DNA from: a virus | IMG/VR virus record: IMGVR_UViG_3300048999_000173 | Coordinates: 19,577 to 83,576 of that record | Length of the DNA stretch: 64,000 bases | Strand: one strand, 5' to 3' | Shown here: one piece after another, positions 57,405-64,000 of the stretch | How positions within the stretch are numbered: the stretch's first letter is position 1 | Layout of the letters: every line of letters starts with the position of its first letter | Translations under genes and position numbers: made by a program | Notes under the pieces: model-generated | What the model was told of the DNA's origin: nothing | Databases searched by the model: none | Seen by the model: the letters and a program-made list of their open reading frames with translations, nothing else

Positions 57405-57760
57405 GCACCCCACCTGTCTGTGGGTTGGCTGAGAGTCGCCGCCTCCCCCTGGGGAACGGCGGCCGTACGGCCGGGACCGGCGCGTGCGTGGATCGCAGCC
57501 CATCACGGGCCCTCCCGGCCCACGCGCCACCGCCCGAATCCGCACAGGGGACTCCCCCGTGGTGAGTTCCCGGACTACAATCACCGTCATCTGGCGGGCA
57601 TGCCCGTGAGGTCTCGAGGAGCCCCTTCCGGCCCCGGGGCGGCGTGTTGTCGGCAAGCTCCGCGCCCCTCTGGTCGTCCGGTGAGGGGCTGCCTTCATTC
57701 CGGGCCCCGGCACACCATCCGGAACGCGTGCAACTTCCTGGCCTGATACTCACGGGGTTC
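57405..57760 (-). ncRNA. candidate structured RNA with two pseudoknots
   Basis: Multiple 6-8 bp stems, two interleaved (ABAB) stem sets, one G-U pair favouring the minus strand; no credible ORF. Confidence 0.45.
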
Positions 57761-57862
57761 TTACGGATAGCGTGTACTTCGGCCACAACCAGTGACGCTT
57801 TGGCCATATGCATATCGAATGCGCGTCAGTAGGGCGTGAATACATGGCCTTGCCTTACCCAC

Positions 57863-57880
57863 TGACACTCAGGAGTGTCA
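57863..57880. promoter_or_regulatory. palindrome, operator candidate
   Basis: TGACACTC-AG-GAGTGTCA. Confidence 0.5.
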
Positions 57881-58008
57881 CAGTGGCTTTCCCGCACCCA
57901 CGGACTGGCAGCCGGAGGGCGCGGGGGGAGACCCAGGACCGGCCCCAACCGCCCCCGGGTCATACGAGGCCCCTTCCCACTTTCTGCCGGAGGAGCGGAG
58001 ACGCCCCT

Positions 58009-58386
58009 ATGTCCGCAGAGCCTGCCCACCCCGGGCCCGACGACCGGCCACCCGGGACGGTCATCCTGTTTCGCAACCCGGCGACCCATCCCCCACGCCG
58101 GACAGGCCGCAGGGGGATCCCGAACGTGTCCGCACAGCCCGGCCCCGGCCCCGCGCCGGAGATGACACCGCAGCAGCGGATGGCCGTCGCCCTGGAGAAG
58201 CGGTTCGTCGGCCAGGGACAGTCCCTGACCGACTCCGAGACCGCGCAGGCGTTCCTCTGCACCCTCAGAGAGGTCCGGACGATGCTGCACGGCGCGCTCG
58301 CCGAGGGACGGCTGGGCGAAGGTGAACACCAGACGCTGGACGCGATGGTCGAGGGGATGATGGCGGCCCCGGACCTGCTGGCCTGA
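58009..58386 (+). CDS. hypothetical protein
   Basis: GGAG RBS; helical C-terminal half. Confidence 0.6.
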   Translation: MSAEPAHPGPDDRPPGTVILFRNPATHPPRRTGRRGIPNVSAQPGPGPAPEMTPQQRMAVALEKRFVGQGQSLTDSETAQAFLCTLREVRTMLHGALAEGRLGEGEHQTLDAMVEGMMAAPDLLA

Positions 58387-58651
58387 ACTCCCCTGGTAGA
58401 ACGTGTTCCTGAACAACGGTCAAGTTGTCTGAATATGCCGGGGAATTAGACATCTTCACATACGTGTCGAAACGGTAACAGTGCCCACAGAGCGCTGATC
58501 GTTTGCCACAGTCCGTTCAACAACCGCCCCCTGCGTGGCACGATGGGGCGTCCGGAGACACCCGGAGCAACAACTTCCGGCCACCGGCGCGCGCCCCACC
58601 CTGCACCAACGGACCCCCCGCGCCCCGGCCGGTGAGGGGACGGGGACACGA

Positions 58652-59191
58652 ATGGGCAAAAACACCGCCGTACAAGCAGCCAGAGCACTCCGCCTGCTCA
58701 ACTCGGAAGACCTGCGGCACCATCCCCGCACCGCGCCCGCCGAACGCTCCACCCCCGCCACCACCCCGGCCGCGCCGCTCAACCTCGGCATCGTCGACTA
58801 CCTCGTCCAGACCCGCCGCGACGTCGTCGACCACGTCCGCTCCGTCGTCCCCGACCCCACACCGGTCCCGGCCCAGGTCGACGGCATCTACGACTGGTAC
58901 GTGGAACAGACCGCCGGCGCCGACGAAGCCGAACAGACCTACCGCGACACGCTGATCGCCCGCCAGGCCCTCGAGCACGCCGTACGCCTCGGCAACGACA
59001 CCGTCGTCTGCGAGCATCCCTGCCCGCGCTGCGGGACCTGGGGGCTCATGTGGGACGACAACACCAGCCGCGCGTTCTGCTCCAGCCGCAAGTGCCGCAC
59101 CCCGAGCGGCATGGCCTCCACCTGGACTCTTGCCCGCCTGGCCGCACAGCAAGTACACGCCACAGAAATCTGGCGCCGTAGCGCAACCTGA
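58652..59191 (+). CDS. zinc-ribbon protein, candidate late regulator
   Basis: APLNLGIVD, HPCPRCGTWGL...CSSRKC. Confidence 0.7.
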   Translation: MGKNTAVQAARALRLLNSEDLRHHPRTAPAERSTPATTPAAPLNLGIVDYLVQTRRDVVDHVRSVVPDPTPVPAQVDGIYDWYVEQTAGADEAEQTYRDTLIARQALEHAVRLGNDTVVCEHPCPRCGTWGLMWDDNTSRAFCSSRKCRTPSGMASTWTLARLAAQQVHATEIWRRSAT

Positions 59192-59337
59192 CCCGCATGC
59201 GGGTGGTCTAACCACCACCAGCCACTGCACACACGCCACACCAAGCAGACCCGCCGGGCCTGCTGCCCTTCACAACCGACCCACCCGAATCGGCCGCCGG
59301 AGCTGCGAACGACGGCCACGCCGATCTGGGAGGCCTC

Positions 59338-59586
59338 ATGGCCGTCACCTACCCGAGCCCGATCCCTGAGCGGATCGAGGACCCGGTCACCTACGAGGAG
59401 GCCTCCGCCCTGCTCGCCCGCACCGGGCATCCCGCGCCGGTGTCGACGCTGCGCCGCTGGGTGCGCGAGGACCGGCTGGACACCATCCGGCTGGGACGCG
59501 CGGTCCACGTCTCATGGACCGACATCCTGGACGCGCACGGCCGGCGCACCGCAGCCAAGCTGAGAGCGTCCAGCAACTGGCCCTGA
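59338..59586 (+). CDS. helix-turn-helix (MerR/Xis-like) DNA-binding protein
   Basis: VTYEEASALL...VSTLRRWVREDRL...VSWTDIL. Confidence 0.75.
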   Translation: MAVTYPSPIPERIEDPVTYEEASALLARTGHPAPVSTLRRWVREDRLDTIRLGRAVHVSWTDILDAHGRRTAAKLRASSNWP

Positions 59587-59609
59587 ACGGCCACCAACCC
59601 CCCACACCA

Positions 59610-59645
59610 AGCCCCGCCGCCCAGACCCGCGGACGGGGCTTTCTC
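59610..59645 (+). terminator. intrinsic terminator
   Basis: AGCCCCGCCGC...GCGGACGGGGCT followed by TTCT. Confidence 0.6.
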
Positions 59646-59764
59646 ATGCCCATCCGTAGCATCTATTGCGGACGCAATGGGATAGGGGTTACTGTGGTTA
59701 CGCCGACAACGACAGAAGCCACACCAGGCCTGTCGGAGTAACCAATTCGCACCCGGAGCCACCC

Positions 59765-60121
59765 ATGGCCGTGATGACGCACGCCCAGACGCTGCCGACC
59801 ACCGCGCACTACGACGCCCTCACCCGCCGACAGCAGGACGACTTCGACCGCGTCATGGAAGCCGCCGACACCGAGGCCACCAACGCACACGAGTACCTGG
59901 CCATGATGGCCGTCATCAGCGTGTACGCCGGAATCGATCTCCCCGCGTCCAAGGACATCGCCCGCTGCGACTGCTACCTCAACGGCTGCGGATGCGACCT
60001 CATCTTCGACTCCAACCTCCCCGGCGCCGTCATCACTTCGGGCCCGGGCCCGAAGTGCAACCTCAGCAGCATCCAGTGCCCCGACTGCGGCCACGACCGC
60101 CCCCGGCCCGTCACGGACTGA
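59765..60121 (+). CDS. Cys-rich hypothetical protein
   Basis: CDCYLNGCGC...CPDCG. Confidence 0.7.
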   Translation: MAVMTHAQTLPTTAHYDALTRRQQDDFDRVMEAADTEATNAHEYLAMMAVISVYAGIDLPASKDIARCDCYLNGCGCDLIFDSNLPGAVITSGPGPKCNLSSIQCPDCGHDRPRPVTD

Positions 60122-60198
60122 CCCACCCACACACTTCCCGGCCGCGGACGCCACGCGCTGCGCGGACCGGGAGCCCAACCACCCCGGGGGAGACCCAC

Positions 60199-60507
60199 GT
60201 GAACGCCACCCGCCACCTCGGACCCGCCGTCAAAACCGAAGTCACCGCCGACTACCAGGGCCTGCACCACGCCCGCATCACCGAACACGGCGACGAAGCC
60301 CGCGTCTTCACGGCCGGCCTCGACGACCTCACCGACTGGTACCTGGCCCTCGGCGGCCACCTCACCTTCGAAGGCGCCCCCACCGGCTCCGGCGTCCGCC
60401 TCTGGACCCTCCACACCACCATCCCCGACGGCGTCACCGTCCGCGTCCAGTGCCTCGCCCTCGACAGCGACCCACTCGACCCCGGCCTCGCCGACGCCAT
60501 CGCCTGA
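60199..60507 (+). CDS. hypothetical protein
   Basis: GGGAG RBS, GTG start. Confidence 0.65.
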   Translation: MNATRHLGPAVKTEVTADYQGLHHARITEHGDEARVFTAGLDDLTDWYLALGGHLTFEGAPTGSGVRLWTLHTTIPDGVTVRVQCLALDSDPLDPGLADAIA

Positions 60508-60526
60508 AACCCCCAGGAGCTCCGCC

Positions 60527-60838
60527 ATGACGACCATGACCCTCGCGCCCGCCACCGGCGGATTCGCCCACCACCCCGACTACTACCGCGGCCGCGCCGA
60601 CGCCTACGACGACTCCCACACCCGCACCCTCGACCAGCTCGTCGTCCTCGCCGGCGCCGCCATCGACTACGCGACCGTCCCCTACGCCCAGGGCTACACC
60701 GACCGCGTCACCGAACTCCGCCTCGAGCTGGACGCCGTCGCCCCCATGGAGATGGAACTCGCCCACGCCCTGCAGGACCGCAAGCACCACCGCACCCACA
60801 CCACCGCCGCCCGCGCACAGAAGAAGGAACGCCGATGA
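60527..60838 (+). CDS. hypothetical protein
   Basis: AGGAG RBS; HPDYYRGRADAYD. Confidence 0.7.
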   Translation: MTTMTLAPATGGFAHHPDYYRGRADAYDDSHTRTLDQLVVLAGAAIDYATVPYAQGYTDRVTELRLELDAVAPMEMELAHALQDRKHHRTHTTAARAQKKERR

Positions 60839-61515
60839 GAAACCGCGCCGCCAGCACCGCGTTCGCCGTCACCCTCGCCGCCGCAGCCGTCATCGGCGCC
60901 CCCACCCGCGCCCACGCCGCCACCGGGCCCGTGTACGCCGGACCCGGCTGGAAGATCAACTCTGGGTGGATCACCCACATCGACACCAAGCCCTGGGTGA
61001 TCGCCTTCAACGACCCGGCCTCCCGCGCCAAGTTGACCCCGTACCTGAAGAACACGGCCGCCGAACTCACCTCCTACCTCGGCGTCAAGTTCACCGTGTC
61101 GACGCGGATCGTCCCGGTCACCCAAGGCAAATGCGTCACAGGCCACGTCATCAGCTACCGGTACATGAGCAAGCCCAACCCCGCCGCCCCCAACCAGTCC
61201 TTCACCGGATCCTGCGGCAACGCGCAGCATGCCGCCGACGGCGCCTACGTGTTCATCAACAGCGACTACTGGATCAAGTCCCACAACGTCAGCGAACCCG
61301 AGCGGATGAACATCATCTGGCACGAAAGCGGCCACGCCGTCGGACTCGGACACCCCGCCACGTGCCCCAAGGACAAGACCGGCAAGCAGCCCCTGATGTG
61401 CGCCAACACCTACAACGACCTCCGCACCCGCCGCTACTCGTCCTTCGAGGCCACCGCGTTCCGCCACCTCATCGCCAACCGCGTCTACACGGTCCTCCCG
61501 GCCAGCAAGCCGTGA
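60835..61515 (+). CDS. secreted metzincin zinc metalloprotease
   Basis: Signal peptide ending AHA; HESGHAVGLGH; Met-turn PLM. Confidence 0.8.
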   Translation: MRNRAASTAFAVTLAAAAVIGAPTRAHAATGPVYAGPGWKINSGWITHIDTKPWVIAFNDPASRAKLTPYLKNTAAELTSYLGVKFTVSTRIVPVTQGKCVTGHVISYRYMSKPNPAAPNQSFTGSCGNAQHAADGAYVFINSDYWIKSHNVSEPERMNIIWHESGHAVGLGHPATCPKDKTGKQPLMCANTYNDLRTRRYSSFEATAFRHLIANRVYTVLPASKP

Positions 61516-61629
61516 CCTGGCCGGACGGCATAGCCGCCGCCACCGGCATCCTCACCGCCTACCTCATCACCCGCCACCAGCACCGGAGCACCACCCCACC
61601 ACAGAACACCCGCAGGACGGAGAACGGCC

Positions 61630-62355
61630 ATGGCCGCACGAACCGCACGGAAAACCACCCCGGCACAACGCGACACGGCAAAGACCGCCGCGAAGAAGAC
61701 CACCACGGCGAAGAAGACCCCCAGCCGCCCCCCTCGTAGGGCGGCCGCCAAGAAGACAACACCCCGCCTGGCCCTGGTCACCCCCGAACCGTCCACCACC
61801 GAAATCGACCGCCGAACCCGCGACTTCATCACCGACGCCCAGATCTACGCCACCCACGCCGCGAAACAAGCCGGCATCCCCGTCCACCGCATCCGCGAAT
61901 GGACCGACCACCAAGACGGAACCGCCACCCGCGCCCTCCGCGACGGAACCCTCCACTACACCCACGAAACACGCACCCTCACCTGGCAAACCACCTGCCG
62001 CATGGGAGCCGTCCACACCTACACCCTCGACAGCCGCGCCGCCGCCGCAGCCGCCCGCGTCCAAGCCGCCACCTGCGAGGAACTCCACGCCGACCTCAGC
62101 AACCAGAAACCCCTGACCGCCAACGAACTCGAAGCCGCCGGACTCCTCCAGACCCCCACCTGGGCACGCCCCGACATCCTCGGCGACGACTTCACCGACA
62201 CCAAGGTCATCCCCGACGAGCCCATCAACCGGGCCACCGCATCCGCCGCCGACACCCAGCCCCTCTCCCGCCAGGAGATCGCCGAAGGCATCGCAGCCCG
62301 CACTGCAGCCCGCGCCGCCGATAGCGACACCGCGAAGGAGCACCCCCAGACGTGA
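61630..62355 (+). CDS. hypothetical protein with histone-like K/A/T-rich N-terminus
   Basis: AAKKTT repeats; GGAG RBS. Confidence 0.7.
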   Translation: MAARTARKTTPAQRDTAKTAAKKTTTAKKTPSRPPRRAAAKKTTPRLALVTPEPSTTEIDRRTRDFITDAQIYATHAAKQAGIPVHRIREWTDHQDGTATRALRDGTLHYTHETRTLTWQTTCRMGAVHTYTLDSRAAAAAARVQAATCEELHADLSNQKPLTANELEAAGLLQTPTWARPDILGDDFTDTKVIPDEPINRATASAADTQPLSRQEIAEGIAARTAARAADSDTAKEHPQT

Positions 62356-62945
62356 CCACCGAACTCACCCAGGAACAACGCGACAAGCGGCAGAAGCAAG
62401 CCCACACCGCCATCGCCAACGCGCTCGCCGCCTCCTGGACCGACTGGCGCCGAACCGGCCGCAAGCCCGACTTCACCAAGGCCGCCGACCACGCCATGGA
62501 CGCACTCGGGGAACTGGCCGCCCAGATCCTCGTCGACGGCACCATGCTCAAGGCGCTCACCGTGAAAGACGGCGTCGTCACCGTCGAACTGGCCGAAGCC
62601 CACTGGTACCTCAAGCTGTACGTCGCCTCCATGCGCGCCGTCCTGGAAGACACCGGGGCCGACAACTACGCAGAGATCTACTACGAGACCGCGCCCTCCG
62701 TCTCCCTGGACCTCCGCGACGGAGAGAACCCCACCGACAACTACACCCTCACCCTGCAGCGTCGCACCAAGCCCACGCCGCACCAGTTCCGGCTGCAAGC
62801 CGAAGCGCGCCTCACCCGCGCACTCGCCGAGTGCGACGCCATCGAGGAAGAGACGCACCGGCGGCACGACGGCTCTGACGGCGCCGACATACGCGAAGCC
62901 GTACGCCGCATCCGAACCGTCGCCGGAGAGGTGGCCCACGCATGA
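62352..62945 (+). CDS. hypothetical protein
   Basis: GADNYAE...YTLTLQR..KPTPHQ. Confidence 0.7.
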   Translation: MTTELTQEQRDKRQKQAHTAIANALAASWTDWRRTGRKPDFTKAADHAMDALGELAAQILVDGTMLKALTVKDGVVTVELAEAHWYLKLYVASMRAVLEDTGADNYAEIYYETAPSVSLDLRDGENPTDNYTLTLQRRTKPTPHQFRLQAEARLTRALAECDAIEEETHRRHDGSDGADIREAVRRIRTVAGEVAHA

Positions 62946-63766
62946 GCAACATCGAGTGGACGGGAGAGACGCTCAACCCCACGACGGGATGTGACCGCAT
63001 CAGTCCCGGATGCGACAACTGCTACGCCCTCACCATGGCCAAGCGCCTGAAGGCCATGGGCCAGGCCAAGTACCAGAACGACGGAGACCCCCGCACCTCC
63101 GGCCCCGGCTTCGGCCTCACCATCCACCCCGACACGCTGGACGTCCCCCTGCGCTGGAAGAAGCCCCGCACGGTCTTCGTCAACAGCATGAGCGACCTCT
63201 TCCACGCCCGCGTACCGGTCGCGTTCATCATGCAGGTGTGGCAGATGATGCAGGCCACCCCGCAGCACACCTACCAGATCCTTACGAAGCGCCCCGAGCG
63301 CCTGGTGCGCGTCCTGGACCGCGTCTACGACGCCCTCGAGCTGGACGGGCCGCTGGACAACGTGTGGCTGGGCACGAGTGTCGAGTCCGACGAATACGTA
63401 CGCCGCATCGACGCCCTCGCCCAGGTCCGCGCCGCCGTCCTGTTCGTATCCGCTGAGCCCCTACTTGGCCCGCTGCCGTCTGCCGACTTCACCGGCATCA
63501 ACTGGGTCATCATCGGCGGCGAGTCCGGCCCCGGCGCCCGCCCCTTCGCCCCACAGTGGGCCACCGACCTCATCGACAAATCACGGCAGGCCGGCGCCGC
63601 CCCCTTCGTCAAGCAACTCGGCTCCGTATGGGCCCGCGACACCGCGTACGCCGGAAAGACCGTCGCCGCGATCGGCGACACCAAGGGCGGCAACCCCAAG
63701 TACTGGCCCGCCGACCTCCGCGTCCGCGAATACCCGGCCGCCGTCCCGGAGGCCCCCCGTGGTTGA
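62942..63766 (+). CDS. DUF5131 (phage Gp37/Gp68) family protein
   Basis: IEWT...NPTTGCDRISPGCDNCYA, FVNSMSDLFH, LTKRPER, EPLLG, GGESG. Confidence 0.9.
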   Translation: MSNIEWTGETLNPTTGCDRISPGCDNCYALTMAKRLKAMGQAKYQNDGDPRTSGPGFGLTIHPDTLDVPLRWKKPRTVFVNSMSDLFHARVPVAFIMQVWQMMQATPQHTYQILTKRPERLVRVLDRVYDALELDGPLDNVWLGTSVESDEYVRRIDALAQVRAAVLFVSAEPLLGPLPSADFTGINWVIIGGESGPGARPFAPQWATDLIDKSRQAGAAPFVKQLGSVWARDTAYAGKTVAAIGDTKGGNPKYWPADLRVREYPAAVPEAPRG

Positions 63767-63968
63767 GCCCCCTCCCAGCTACGTCGCGACACTCGCCAAC
63801 CAACTCGCCCACCCCCCCGAAACCCTCGACGCAGCCGAAGACGACCTCGCCATCCTCCGCGGACGCCTCGCCATCGTCACCCGCTTCATCCACAACCCCA
63901 CCTACGACGCCACCGCCCGACAAGCCCTCGCGCAAGCCCTCCAACTCCCCGCCCCCGCCCACCACTAA
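63759..63968 (+). CDS. hypothetical protein
   Basis: GGAGG RBS, overlaps the upstream stop. Confidence 0.5.
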   Translation: MVEPPPSYVATLANQLAHPPETLDAAEDDLAILRGRLAIVTRFIHNPTYDATARQALAQALQLPAPAHH

Positions 63969-64000
63969 CCCCAATCCCCACGCCGAGCACCCACCACCAG

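Larger units (their letters stand above)
1..64000. mobile_element. conjugative phage-plasmid (plasmid prophage) of a Streptomyces-like host
   Basis: Virion, lysis, tra/spd, par and rep modules together; no host housekeeping genes in the window. Confidence 0.75.

Noticed and set aside
57405-57760. Assignment to raiA motif, HDV-like ribozyme, cobalamin riboswitch or tmRNA
   Set aside because: Only a short CGAUCCACG resemblance to raiA; HDV J4/2, the B12 box and tRNA-like ends are absent.
1-64000. CRISPR array, tRNA or rRNA genes
   Set aside because: No repeat-spacer periodicity or cloverleaf found; the periodic repeats are in-frame coding repeats.
1-64000. bldA-dependent TTA codon control
   Set aside because: The TTA triplets I checked were out of frame or intergenic; the scan was not exhaustive.

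Overview
High-GC (~70%) actinobacterial, Streptomyces-like DNA that reads as part of one element, most likely a conjugative phage-plasmid. Layout: (i) 1-9.8 kb, small ORFs plus a plasmid transfer/spread module (membrane proteins, two helical Tra-like proteins, FtsK/TraB translocase); (ii) 10.7-39.4 kb, a complete siphovirus-type late region (terminase, portal, scaffold, decoration, capsid, head-tail, tail tube, frameshifted chaperones, tape measure, tail tip/fibre, papain-like protease, CHAP endolysin, holins, second fibre module); (iii) 39.4-45.3 kb, accessory genes, two tyrosine-recombinase homologues flanking a PIN nuclease, and a WYL protein; (iv) 45.5-64 kb, early/replication genes (Rad52-like annealase, C5 methyltransferase, WhiB-like, HTH initiator, DciA-like loader, ParA plus atypical partner with palindromic parS candidates, secreted metzincin, DUF5131). 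The least explained signals are non-coding: a ~350-nt double-pseudoknot RNA candidate upstream of parA, recurrent hairpin-loop motifs (CGCCAA, UUGCGA, GCCGACA, GGCGCGGGG) and a conserved late-promoter-like motif. All calls come from reading motifs and synteny by eye; no searches were run.
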